This document shows positions 12,531-26,191 of a DNA stretch of 64,000 nucleotides, piece by piece; position 1 is the stretch's first letter, and the number at the start of each line of letters is the position of its first letter. The translations under genes and the position numbers were made by a program. The stretch covers positions 37,448,001 through 37,512,000 of the forward strand of contig OZ024740.1 in the NCBI GenBank assembly GCA_964016885.1, written 5' to 3'. The DNA is from Eledone cirrhosa. Its lineage: Eukaryota. Under the pieces are notes generated by a model, which did no database searches, was not told the DNA's origin, and was given only the letters and a program-made list of their open reading frames with translations.

Positions 12531-13446
12531 GTGTGTGTATATATGTATGTATATATATGTATATATGTATATATATGTGTATATGTATATATATGTGTAT
12601 ATGTATATATATGTGTATATATATATATATGTGTGTGTATGAATATGTATGTGTGTATATATATATGTGTGTGTATGAATATGTATGTATGTATATATAT
12701 TTATGTATATATATATATTTATCTATACATATATATAAAACTGAAGTTGTCTGTGTGTCCTAATTTTGGAAAGTCTATACAAATCCACATTTCTACTCCG
12801 ATTGACTTCAAACTTGCATTTATATATTCCTTGTGGTCTAAAGATATTAACTGCAGCTTTTATTTTTCAATTTTCTGTTGTTAAAGGCTTTTTTTTTTTC
12901 ACTAAAACTTTAAACACTTTTTGTCAGTTCGGCAATTTTGTCTACAATGTTCAAGAGAGACAACTCTTTAGTATTTTGAAAGAGTTACATCTCTTTATAG
13001 ACTATATTATCCCTACTTAAACGTACATCCCTTGAAATTGTTGATGGTGATCCCAATAGTAACTCCGAAGCATTCGGCATCCGATATAACAGTTCGGTCT
13101 ATATCAGATTGGGTAGATTTTTGTAATCTTAAAAGTATCCAACTAATTTCCTTCATGCTCTCCACCACTGCAGTCCCACATGCTTACTGCTCTGTAACTT
13201 TCATTGTACCATAGCACAACAAATACATGTTCGGTTTGTCAAATGCCTTTTTACTTAACCCTATTGTCTTGGCTTGAACATTTTACTCTCAGGCACCCAA
13301 TTAAGTTAAACCTCTGGTAATCTACGACAAATTTTTTTCATAAGCACAAAATGTAGGCACCATCCCCAGGCCGAGGTATTCCATACTTCTCTGTACTGTT
13401 TCAGAAAGGAGGGATAAACATGCCGATCTATGTTTATATATATATA

Positions 13447-13793
13447 TCATCATCATCATCATCATCATTTCATTTTATGTCCGATTTTCCCTGCTTGCAA
13501 GGGTGGGACGGGAACTGATTCTGGCATGATTTCTACAGCTGGATACCCTTCCTAACACCAACCTCATTTACAGTGAGTGCTGGGTGCTTTTTTTGCCGTG
13601 GCACCTCCACGACCACTTTGCAGTGGAATATGGACCCCAGTCCCTATTATCTCATTTCTACAGCTGAGTAAACTGGAGCAATGTGAAATAAAGTGTCTTG
13701 CTCAAGGAAACAACACATCACCCAGTCTGAGAATTGAACTCACAACCTTTCGATTGCAAGCCCAATGCTCTAACCACTAAGCCATATGCCTCC
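13447..13793 (-). mobile_element. SINE family 1
   Basis: Reverse complement of the ggaggcacatggcttagtgg... consensus, with (CAT)n tail. Confidence 0.9.
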
Positions 13794-14038
13794 ATATATA
13801 TATATATATCTATCTCTCTCTCTATGATGGCTACCCTCTCTCTATCTATCTCTAAGCCACCCATTACCTCCCGTTCCTTCTTCACCCATTCCACCTCACT
13901 CATCTTGAAGCTATTGAAGAGATAAGACACTCTATTCTGAAAGGCTAAAATGAATCACTAGAGTTGATTTGGCTTTGTTCCAGTCATTCATCCATACAAA
14001 TTTTGGCAATATTACACAATATGACCCTCCCCAAGTAT

Positions 14039-14100
<62 letters not shown>

Positions 14101-14240
14101 TTATATATGTATATGTATACATATTTATATATGTACATGTATATATATTTATATATGTGTGTATATATATATGTGTGTGTGTGTATATGTATATATATGT
14201 ATATATGTATCTATATATATATGCATATGTATGTATATAT

Positions 14241-14580
14241 GGAGGCACATGGCTTATTGGTTAGAGCATTGGCCTTGCAATCGAAAGGTTGTGAGTTCAA
14301 TTCTCAGACCGAGTGATGTGTTGTCTCCTTGAGCAAGACACTTTATTTCACATTGCTCCAGTTTACTCAGCTGTAGAAATGAGATGATAGGACTGGGGTC
14401 CTTATCATTCTACTGCAAAGAGGTCATGGAGGTGCCACGGCAAAAAAACACCCAGCACTCACTGTAAATGAGGTTCGTGTTAGGAAGGGCATCCAGCTGT
14501 AGAAATCATGCCAGAATCAGTTCCCGTCCCACCCTTGCAAGCAGGGAAAAGCAGACGTAAAAATGATGATGATGATGATA
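14241..14580 (+). mobile_element. SINE family 1
   Basis: Full head-to-(GAT)n copy. Confidence 0.9.
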
Positions 14581-14594
14581 TATATATATATATA

Positions 14595-14788
14595 TCATCA
14601 TCATCATCATCATTTCATTTTACGTCTGCTTTTCCCTGCTATCATCTCATTTCTACAGCTGAGTAAACTGGAGCAATATGAAATAAAGTGTCTTGCTCAA
14701 GGAAACAACACATCACCCGGTCCGAGAATTGAACTCACAACCTTTCGATTGCAAGGCCAATGCTATAACCACTAAGCCATGTGCCTCC
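14595..14788 (-). mobile_element. SINE family 1, internally deleted
   Basis: Head and tail present, middle missing. Inverted relative to 14241-14580. Confidence 0.85.
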
Positions 14789-14794
14789 ATATAT

Positions 14795-15420
14795 ATCATC
14801 ATCATCATCATCATCAACGTTTAACGTCCGTGTTCCACGCTTGCATGGGTTTGGACGGGGGTAGTCCCACTTGAGGCAAGAGTGATTGTCTTGCTCGCAT
14901 AGGACTGTCTGGCAGGTTTTCTACAGTTGGATGCCCTTCCTAACACCAACCACATTTACAGTGTGGGTCTGGGAGGTTTTTATCGTGTTGCCTACACGGC
15001 CACATTACAGCGTGGACTGTGTGTTTTTTTGTCGTGACACCTACACGATCTCATTTGTTTCGGCCTCGATGGCGCGGCACCAACATAACTTTACATAGAA
15101 CGGGGTGGTGTGGATGGGGTGGGGGTGGTGGTGGTGGGACGGGGTGTATTTTGTTAGAGATGCCTACTGGCTGGAGTAGGTTTTACTATGTATTTAGGTA
15201 AGGCGGGTCTTCTCTGTTACTGAGTACCGCCAAAGGTCTCGGTCCAGTGACATTGTCTTGGAGAGGTGTAAGTGTGTGAGGTCGGAGTTTATCAGCTCGT
15301 CCCAGGTTTTTCTAGGTCTGCCTATTCCGTGGCTACCGTCTATCTTTATTGCCCTGCACTTTGTTATACAGCTATCGACTTTCATGCGCATCACGTGTCC
15401 ATACCAACGTATGGACACGT
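14795..15420 (-). mobile_element. RTE LINE family A, 3' fragment
   Basis: [10 protein letters not shown]...GRPRKTWDE...KTRLT* plus the 3' UTR shared with 20074-22915. Confidence 0.88.
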
Positions 15421-15628
15421 GATATACATATATATGTATATATATGTATATATATATATATATATGTATATACATATATATGTATATATATATATGTATA
15501 TATATATATATGTATATGTATATATATGTATATATATATATGTATATATATATATATGTATATATATATATGTATATATATATATGTATATATATATATG
15601 TATATATATATATGTATATATATATATG

Positions 15629-15659
<31 letters not shown>

Positions 15660-15679
15660 GTATATATATTTATAAATAT

Positions 15680-16013
15680 GTAGAAGTTATATTTAATTTG
15701 TTGGGATACAACAAGCAACTATTTTTATAACTCATATAAAGCATTCAACAAATTTTTGGAGTAATAAATACAAATGGAAACTATATTTATAAAACCATAT
15801 TTATTTCATTATACATATTTCAAGGACACCAAACAAATTATGGTGCGCTTTCATCAAATAAAATATAATATAGATCAGTTTTATAAACAAATATTGCCAT
15901 AGCCTTAAAGAATGCAACTATGTCGGTTGAAAGCTCCCGGATAATTTGCTTTGGTATCCTTGAAATATGTATAATGAAATAAATATGGTTTTATAAATAT
16001 AGTTTCCATTTGT
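15680..16013 (-). mobile_element. Palindromic hammerhead-bearing element (same family as 55793 and 57345)
   Basis: Arms 15770-15841 and 15941-16013. Hammerhead-like motif on the - strand at 15802-15865 with core TTGATGA (C3 mutated). Confidence 0.75.
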
Positions 16014-16385
16014 TAATATATTGTATATATATATCCAGGGGGTGTAACTTGGAGTTAGTGCAGGTTCACCCGGGAGACCATTCGATGTTTAGGTTCACTT
16101 CTGTGATGAAGTGTAGAGCTAGACAGAGTGTAATATATTGAAAGGATAACAAGGACCATTGGTTACTCCTTCATTACATTTATTGATAGGTGACGCGCGT
16201 TTCGCCACTGATCAGCTCAAGGTTCGATCTGTTTCAATCCTACCCGACTCAATAATCGGCGGCTCAACGGACCCTCTTAAAATGCTATAAGAAAATGAAA
16301 TACATGCTATGTGGTAAAGTCAGAGTTTCAAGAGTTTGACAAAATGAGTTGTTTTGATTGGTGGGAAGGATCAAGGGGATGTACT

Positions 16386-16592
16386 GGCCTGTAGAGTATG
16401 TGGGGGTGGATGTGATGGTGAGATGTTGGTGACGGTCGGTGGATGAGATGGGCTGTGGTGTGGTGGTGGTGGGTTGGCCTGTAGTGTATGTGGGGGTGGG
16501 TGTGATGATGAGATGTTGGTGACGGTCACTGGCTGTGATGGGCTGTTGTGTGGTGGTGGCAGGTTGGCCTTGGCCTGTAGTGTATGAGGGGT
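16386..16592. repeat. GC-richer 90-96 bp tandem repeat, about 2.2 units
   Basis: ggcctgtag(a/t)gtatg recurs at 16386, 16476 and 16572. Confidence 0.75.
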
Positions 16593-16627
16593 GTATATAT
16601 ATATATGTATATATATGTATATATATG

Positions 16628-16664
<37 letters not shown>

Positions 16665-16681
16665 GTATGTATATATATATG

Positions 16682-16716
<35 letters not shown>

Positions 16717-16807
16717 GTATGTATATATATATATATATGTATATATGTATATATATATGTATATATATATATGTATATATATATATGTATATATATGTAT
16801 ATATATA

Positions 16808-16840
<33 letters not shown>

Positions 16841-16976
16841 ATATATATGTATATATATATATGTATATATATATATGTATATATATATGTATATATATAT
16901 ATATATGTATATATATATGTATATATATATGTATATATATATATATATGAATATATGTATATATCTATATATATAT

Positions 16977-17750
16977 GGTTACACTTTGGGAGGGTCATGT
17001 TGCCAATAAGCAACACACGCACCAGTTGCTTTCACTTCAATTTATTATAATAGATTTATAAATTTCCGGTTGGTTGGTTGGTTCCACAACCAGATAGTTG
17101 TTTATATATTGTCAAAGTTCTTTCGTCACACATTTTGTGACCTCTTCAGTGACTGGGGATTCTTTTCTTTGTTTTTGTGCCTCTCCTTTGTTCTGTCCTA
17201 CGCCATTTTGTTTCTGTGTGTGTGTGTTGTGTGCTCAGTCTGCGCATGCGCCACATCCGGGTGTCTGTGTGTGTTTATATTCGTTTATTTATTTGTTTAT
17301 TTACATGTTACAGGTTGGTTGTTTGTTCTATATGCGTGTGTATTTTCATTTTGTCCTTAATTGTAAGTTGTGATGTTGCTGTTCCACTCATATTTTCTAT
17401 TTAATTTTGGTTGTAATTCTTTTATGTTTATTGCCTCTGTGATTTGTCTAAACATTGCGTCTTTTCTGTGTGTAGATTCTATTTTTATTTCTATGTTCTC
17501 TAATTTACCCTTGTGTTCTATTTTAGCATGTTGGTAGAGTACAGATGATTCTTTACTATCTTGAAGGTCTCGCCAGTGTTCATTTATCCGTTCCCCTACA
17601 CTACAAGCTGTCTCACCTATGTACACTATATTTTTGTCTCTACATTGTCCTTCAGTACATCTTATGCTATATACTACATTTCTAGTTTTACAGTTAATAT
17701 GGGGGCTCAATTTACAGGTTATACATTTCTTATCTATACAAATATCTGAT
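16977..17750 (-). mobile_element. Penelope-like element, 3' part (GIY-YIG endonuclease plus pLTR)
   Basis: CITC...NCKTRNVVYSIRC...VYIGETACSVGERINEH...LYQH...E.INIKELQPKLN is a PLE GIY-YIG domain. Hammerhead motif downstream. Flanked by (TA)n. Confidence 0.88.
17111..17154 (-). ncRNA. Minimal type-I hammerhead ribozyme motif (degenerate)
   Basis: gtca-CTGAAGAG-gtcaca/tgtgac-GAAA-gaac-TT-tgac. Confidence 0.65.
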
Positions 17751-17772
17751 CTATATATATGTATATATATAT

Positions 17773-18117
17773 GGAGGCACATGGCTTAGTGGTTAGAGCA
17801 TTGGCCTTGCAATCAAAAGGTTGTGAGTTCAATTCTCAGACCGGGTGATGTGTTGTTTCCTTGAGCAAGACACTTTATTTCACATTGCTCCAGTTTACTC
17901 AGCTGTAGAAATGAGATGATAGAGACTGGGGTCCATATCATTCTACTGCAAAGTGGTCGGGAAGGTGCCACGGCAAAAAAGCACCCAGCACTCACTGTAA
18001 ATGAGGTTGGTGTTAGGAAGGGCATCCAGCTGTAGAAATCAAGCCAGAATCAGTTCCCGTCCCACCCTTGCAAGCAGGGAAAAGCGGACGTAAAATGAAA
18101 TGATGATGAATGATGAT
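17773..18117 (+). mobile_element. SINE family 1
   Basis: Full-length copy. Confidence 0.9.
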
Positions 18118-19146
<1,029 letters not shown>

Positions 19147-19412
19147 TCATCATCATCATCATCGTTTAACGTCCATTTTCCACGCTAGCATGGGTCTCGA
19201 CAGGAATTGTCCCACTTGAGGCAAGATTGGTTGTCTTGCTCAGGACTGTCTGGCGGGTTTTCTACGGCTGGATGCCCTTCCTAACCCCAACCACGTTTAC
19301 AGTGTGGACTGGGAGGTTTTTACCGTGTTACCTACACGGCCACATTACAGCGTGGACTGTGTGTTTTTTTGTCGTGACACCTACACAACCTCATTTGTTT
19401 CGGATATATATG

Positions 19413-19467
<55 letters not shown>

Positions 19468-19709
19468 GCATATATGTAGGAGGTGAGTTTTATTGTAGTA
19501 CAATAAAGCAATGCAGATATATATATATGTATATATATATATAGAGATAGATAAATATACACGGGTGTGTATGATTGTGTATAGAAGATTATATTAATAA
19601 GAGGAATTCCAACTTTGTCTGATTTACTCGTTTTATTTACAATCCTTTAAAATTTATAATGGTATTATAATGAAATAGTATGATAGAATATTAAATTCGA
19701 AGTGTTAAT

Positions 19710-19748
19710 TGAACAAGTACTTTCATGCTTTCGCAATCTTCAGGTTCA
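19710..19748 (-). ncRNA. Minimal type-I hammerhead ribozyme motif
   Basis: tgaac-CTGAAGA-t.tgc(gaaa)gca.t-GAAA-GTAC-TT-gttca: 5-bp stem I, GNRA-capped stem II, palindromic stem III. Confidence 0.7.
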
Positions 19749-19868
19749 TATGTGGTGACAGTCAAGTTTACAATTTTCAACTTTATATATATATATATAT
19801 GTATGTATCATCATCATCATCATCACGGTTTTACGTCCGTTCTTCCACGCTAGCATGGGTTATATATG

Positions 19869-19927
<59 letters not shown>

Positions 19928-20073
19928 GTATATATATATGTATATGTATATATATATGTATATATATATATATATGTATATATATATGTATATATTTATA
20001 TATATGTATATATATATGTATATATATATATATGTATATATATATGTATATGTATATATATATGTATATATAT

Positions 20074-22915
20074 ATCATCATCATCATCATCGTTTAACGT
20101 CCATATTCCACGCTCGCATGGGTTTGGACGGGAGTTTTCCCTCTTGAGGCAAGAGTGGTTGTCTTGCTCGCATAGGACTGTCTGGCGGGTTTTCTACGGC
20201 TGGATGCCCTTCCTAACACCAACCACATTTACAGTGTGGAACTGGGAGGTTTTTACCACATTACAGCGTGGACTGTGTGTTTTTTTGTCGTGACACCTAC
20301 ACAACCTCGTTTGTTTCGGGCTGGATGTTGTGGTACCAACATAACTTTACATTGAAAGGGGTGGTGTGGATGGGGTGGGGGTAGTGGGACGGGGGTGTAT
20401 TTTGTTAGAGGTGCCTACTGAGTAGGTTTCACTTTGCACTTAGGTAAGGCGGGTCTTCTCTATTACTGTGTAGCGCCAAAGATCTCGGTCCAGTGACATT
20501 GTCTTGGAGAGGTGTAAGTGTGTGAGGTCGGAATTTACCAAGTCGTCCCAGGTTTTTCTGGGTCTGCCTACTCCCTGGCTACCGTCTATTTTTATTGCCC
20601 TGCACTTTTTTATACAGCTGTCGTCTTTCATGCGCATCACGTGACCATACCAACATAGTCTTCTCTCGAGTAAACAACATCTGATCCCTCTTATTTCTAA
20701 TTTCTCTAGCTACTGTACTTTCAGAGCACCCTCCTCCACTGCTGATTTTGTCACCCAGGTAACGGAAGCTGTCCACTATTTCTATAGAACCATCTGTGAA
20801 ATGGAATGAGTTAGTATTCTGTGGGCACTTGCTGCTACTTATTGCACCAGAGCACCGGCCACATATAAAATCTATATTCTTAGTTAGCTTAACTGTGATT
20901 CCACTACACCTTTTATGCACCCATACTTTGCATTTCCATTTCCCAGATGGGACCGGTGCCCTATTTTCCTTCCTACAAACTAGAACTTTAGTCTTAGACA
21001 AGTTAACTTTAAGGCCTTTTGATTCTAGGCCATGCTTCCATGTTTGGAATTTCTTCTCTAGTTCAGCCATTGATTCAGCTATGAGCGTTAGATCATCTGC
21101 ATATAGGAGTTCCCATGGGCAGACGGTCTTGAACTCCTCTGTTATAGCCTGAAGGGCAATAATAAATAGTAGGGGGCTAAGGACGGAGCCCTGATGAACA
21201 CCAACTTTTACGCTAAACTCTTCACTATATTCGTTGTTAATTCTAACCTTGCTGACTGTTTCTTTATACATGGCTTGTATAGCTCTCACAAGCCATTCAT
21301 CAACACCTAGTTTTCTAAGGACCCACCAGATAATGGAGCGGGGTTCTCTGTCAAAGGTTTTCTCCAAGTCAACAAAAGCTAAGTATAGGGGTTTACTTTT
21401 AGCTAGGTACTTCTCCTGTAGTTGTCGTACAATGAAAAGAGCGTCTGTTGTACTTTTACCTGACACAAACCCGAACTGCATTTCGTCTAGATCAATTCGC
21501 TCTCTGATTAGTTGCGCTATTACTTTTTCTGTGACCTTCATGACCTGGTCAATTAATTTAATGCCTCTATAGTTTCCCCTATCTAGGGCATCACCTTTAC
21601 CCTTGTAGCAGTTAATGATGATGCTGCTGCGCCAGTCCTTCGGAACGACTCCATTCTGTATGACTTGGTTTACTATCCGGGTGACCATAGTGTGTCCCAC
21701 CGTTCCAGATGCTTTCAGCATTTCGGCAACTATTTCCGAAGGCCCGGCCGCTTTGCCCGTCTTCATGTCTTTGATCGCATTACTTATTATACTACCTTCA
21801 ACTTGCACTGCTGGTCCCTCTATTGGGTCGATGTGGGGGAGACTGTCTTTCTCCCAATTATTCTCCTCATTTAGTAGCCTTTCATAGTGACACTTCCAAG
21901 CTACCTTCTTATCAGCGTCAGTGATGGCAAGTACACCATCATCATTTAGGACACACTTCTCCCCGACAATATCACTGTTTTCCTTGACACATTGCCTAGC
22001 AATCCTGAACACCTCACGTTGTTGGTCCTCGCGTTGTAGACCATGCTTGAACTTTCTTTCCTCTGATTCCCTTTTTGCGAAGTACACTTGTCTCCTAGCT
22101 TCCCTCCTGGCCACTTGATAGTCTTCTCTACTTCCCCCTTTCCGCCATGCTTTCCAAGCCTGCTTTTTGGCCTTGATTTACCTCTCCACCTTACTGTTCC
22201 ACCACCAAGTTACTCTTCTCCTGCCTATAGGCCTGCTCCAGCCACAGGTTTCATCTGTCGCCTTCAGCAGGTTAGCTTTCAGGAATTCCCACTGTTCCTC
22301 TATATTGTACGACTCTAATTGCTCTTCCTTACTGTCGAAAGCATCAAGTAATATGCTTTTAAATTTATGACTGGCTGTGGGTCCTTTAATTTCCATATTT
22401 TTCTCCTGAGGATAGTCCTCTTCTGTTGTTGAATATGTCTCGTCCTGACTATGAGGTCGCTAATTATGAGTCTATGTTGAGACGTGCATTCTTCATGGGG
22501 GAGGGATTTAGTGTTTACAACAGACACTCTGTCACGTCTCCTGGTAAGGATATAATCTACCTGGCTTGTGTATTCCCCTGATCTATAGGTGATCAAGTGA
22601 TTGTCTCGTTTTTTGAAGTTAGTGTTACAGATAGTTAGGTTATTTGCGTTACAGAATTCCAGGATTCTGGAGCCTTCCTCATTTCTAGTACCAAACCCAT
22701 AGCCTCCATGGATTCCGTCATAGCCATCACAATATTGTCCAACGTGACCATTTAGGTCGCCAGCAATAATTATATAGTCACTGTCGGTTATTTGGGAGGT
22801 AGTGAGCATCAGTGTTTCATAGTGCCGAGCAGTCCGGATTGGGGTGCGTACGCAGATATTACTGTCACCGTAGTTCTATTGAGGACAAGTCTTATTTTAA
22901 TTATTCTGTTGTTCA
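20074..22915 (-). mobile_element. RTE LINE family A, 5'-truncated and frameshifted
   Basis: APE endonuclease (IIAGDLNGHVG, SQVDYIL, SQHRL), RT (QFGF, HQGSVLSPLLF, LLYADD), WYGH/GRPRKTW C-terminus, (GAT)n tail. Confidence 0.95.
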
Positions 22916-22924
22916 CTATATATG

Positions 22925-22973
<49 letters not shown>

Positions 22974-23552
22974 GTATATATATTTATATATGTATGTATA
23001 TATATTTATATATGTATGTATGTATATATATATATATATGTTTACAAATTTTAAATATTTATAATCAGTTTTAATAAGAAATAATTATCACGGTTATAGA
23101 AAAGCTGTCTGCCCAAAATTATATAAAATTTCAAAAGTCATGAAGATGGCAAAGTCATTAGAATACTGGACTAAATATATCAACATTTAGTTTTATACCC
23201 CTGTATGTCATTCTGCTGGGGTTACATTTTTAATTCATCTCTTCAAGATTGATAAAGCAATTATCATTAATGTATTGTGTATTGATTCAGTTCAGTCAAA
23301 TAATTTCTCCACTACAAAATATCAGTTTGTGTCTTATGAAGAAATCTATATTCTTTCAATTTGAGAAATTATCGACTATAATTATATCAAATTTTTACAT
23401 TTTTGCTGATTAAATATCTTAGTGCTCTCCTTAGGCTAACATTATGTATTCCTTCATTTAGATAGGTGAGTAATTAATCATGAACTTAATTAAAATTAGT
23501 TAATATACTTAAAGAATTTTTACTTGTGTGTGTGTCTATATTTCTTTCTCTC

Positions 23553-25240
23553 GCATCCCTTTGGAACCGGGATTGCGGAAAGCGGTGTCAGCCTACGCCG
23601 ATGACGTGACAGTAATGGTGTCGACGGCCTCCGAAATCGAGGCGGTCGGCACCTTACTGGAGGAGTACGAAAAGTTCACAGGGGCTAAGCTGAACCGGGA
23701 CAAGTCGATCGGTTTGCAACTCGGCACGTGGAGGGGCAGACCGATGCCCTCCGATGGCGTCGTCGGACGCTGGACGGAGGGCCCGGTGAAGTTGCTCGGG
23801 GTCTGGTTCGGACCGGACCTCCAGGTGGAGAAAAACTGGGCGGAGGTTACGAACAGGGTGTTTGCACTGACCCAGAAGTGGGCCAGTTGCAAACTATCCC
23901 TGAAAGGTCGGGCGGAGGTGGCGAACACTTATATAGCGTCCGTCATCTACTACCGCCTGACCGTAGTGCCCTGCCCAAGGGAAACCCTCACCAAGATGGA
24001 GCGCGCGCTCTTCCAATTCCTTTGGAAGGGGCGGGCTCCTATGGTGAGGAGATCCATCTGCTGTCAACACCCTTCGAAAGGAGGGCTGGGGATGCCGTGG
24101 CTAATGATGCGTAAACACGCATTAAGGCTACGGCACCTCTACGTATTCCTCACCGGACAACCGGTGTGGGCCTCGTTTGTGAGACGAACCTTTCCCAGAC
24201 TCGTCTCACTCACCGAGCTGCAATCCTGGGTCAAGCAAAGACCGAGAAAACTGGGAGCCTGGCACACTGAGTGTGCCCAGGCGCTCACCGCCCTCTGGCA
24301 GGCGGATCCGGTTATCAGTGGAGACTCCACCGCAACATTCTATAGAGGGCTGGTACGCAGCAGGTGCGACGACGCCCTCGGAGAAGCCCTAGACATGGAG
24401 GAGGACGAACTGGCCAGCCTGTTCGGTAGGACATTCAGCCCGGGACCTATGGACAACTTCCAGAAGTCCCTGGCCTGGCAGTGCTACCGAGGGGCTTTAC
24501 CCCTTCGAGAAAGGCTCTACAGACACGGGCGCCCGGGTAGGGACCCCGCCAAAAAGATCTGTCCCAGATGCGTGTGCGACGAGGAAACCGTTGCACACGC
24601 ATTGGTACACTGCTCGGGCGTAGCCGATCTGTGGGGCTATGTCGAACAACTGCTGTCAAGGGTGGGACCGATCCGGTTGACCACCGAGTCTATTGTAATG
24701 ATCAAGCCGCCTCCCCCCTTCAAAGATGAAGCAGAGGCGGTGTTTCTGTGCGTAATAGCCATGGCGAAAGAGGTTGTATGGTGGACGCGTCTGAAAGGAC
24801 TGAGGTCAGGCACCTTTCTCTCTGGCCAACAACTGGTCCGTTTCTTCCGATATCATTTCGGAAGAAGGATCAGGATGGAGAGAGAGGTGCTGCACCCCAG
24901 CCGTTTTTATGAAAGGTGGGTGAAAGTGGCGAGAATGGCCCGTGTGAATGGGCCTTCTCTTTACATAAGCCTGTAGGTGGAAAAGAGGAAGGAACGAGGG
25001 AGCACCCCCTCTCTGTGCTCCTGAGGAAAAGGGTTGCACACTTTTTTCGGGGGTGTGTGCGACCCCCCAAGGCGCCTCCTCTCTATTGAGGATTTTGTTA
25101 AACATTTTATTTTTTGTTATATCTTATTTTATTTTTATATTTTGTTATTGCCTCCTCCTTATTGAGGACGCCTTTTTGTGTAAACTCCCCCCTTTGTACT
25201 TGTCCCACTTTTGATGCCCTAGTGGCAAATAAAAGAAACT
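23553..25240 (+). mobile_element. Tx1/L1-clade LINE, 5'-truncated and young
   Basis: Uninterrupted GC-rich ORF: AYADD, LSLKGRAEVAN, FLWKG, GGLG, CPRC...ETVAHALVHC zinc knuckle. 3' UTR ends gtggcaaataaaagaaac. Confidence 0.92.
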
Positions 25241-25257
25241 TATCTATCTCTCACCCT

Positions 25258-25444
25258 TGTTCTATCTACGGGGTGTAAAACAACCCTGCAGTAACGTTCC
25301 CCCCTACTGTGGATTTCAATTATTATTTTATTATATATAGCTTATTGTTATTTATTAATGTTAAAGTTATTTTTATGTAAAACCCCCGCCGTCACGTCTT
25401 GTAATGTCCCATTTTTGTACGCCCCTGTGGCAAATAAAGAAAGA
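25258..25444 (+). mobile_element. Short 3'-UTR-only Tx1-like insertion with 17-bp target site duplication
   Basis: Ends gtggcaaataaagaaag. Flanked by tatctatctctcaccct at 25241-25257 and 25445-25461. Confidence 0.75.
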
Positions 25445-25470
25445 TATCTATCTCTCACCCTATATATATA

Positions 25471-25746
25471 GATATGGTCTAGTAGTTAGTATGTTAGACT
25501 TACAATCATGATGTTTGATATGGTCTAGTAGTTAGTATGTTAGACTTACAATCATGATGTTTGATATGGTCTAGTAGTTAGTATGTTAGACTTACAATCG
25601 TGATGTTTGATATGGTCTAGTAGTTAGTATGTTAGACTTACAATCATGATGTTTGATATGGTCTAGTAGTTAGTATGTTAGACTTACAATCATGATGTTT
25701 GATATGGTCTAGTAGTTAGTATGTTAGACTTACAATCATGATGTTT
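25471..25746 (+). repeat. 46-bp x6 minisatellite derived from a SINE head
   Basis: Unit gatatggtctagtagttagtatgttagacttacaatcatgatgttt, followed by SINE body (ttgtgttcttgacaaaaacactt). Confidence 0.9.
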
Positions 25747-26191
25747 GATTCCTAGACCAAGTTGTGTGTTGTGTTCTTGACAAAAACACTTCATTTCATG
25801 TTGTTCCAATATAGTCACCTGAAAATGAGTACCAGTAGTACTGGAGGATTAAACCTGCAGTCCACTGGCATTGTCCAGCTGGAGTCTTGTACTCTCAAAT
25901 TTCTTAACACCAAGGAAACCGGGTTAAGCCCTAGCCTAATGAGCCCTTGGGCTTTAGACATTTTCAGACATCATTTTTGCAGCTATTTTCTATCTAACAA
26001 TGTTTCTCACCACATGGTGACATGTTCTTTTGTCATCTCCTTTGTGAGCTTTAGCATTCTGAGATCAAATTTCACTGCATCTATCTAGGTCTTCCTTGAT
26101 CTTGATCTTCCACTTCCTCAACTTCCTTCCATTTGGATCTCCTGGCATTTCTTTACCCAACTATCAACATCTATATACATTATATATTATA

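Noticed and set aside
12722-13390. Third Helitron
   Set aside because: The 5' end (A|TCTATAC...ATAAAA) fits, but no clear hairpin/CTRR 3' end was found.
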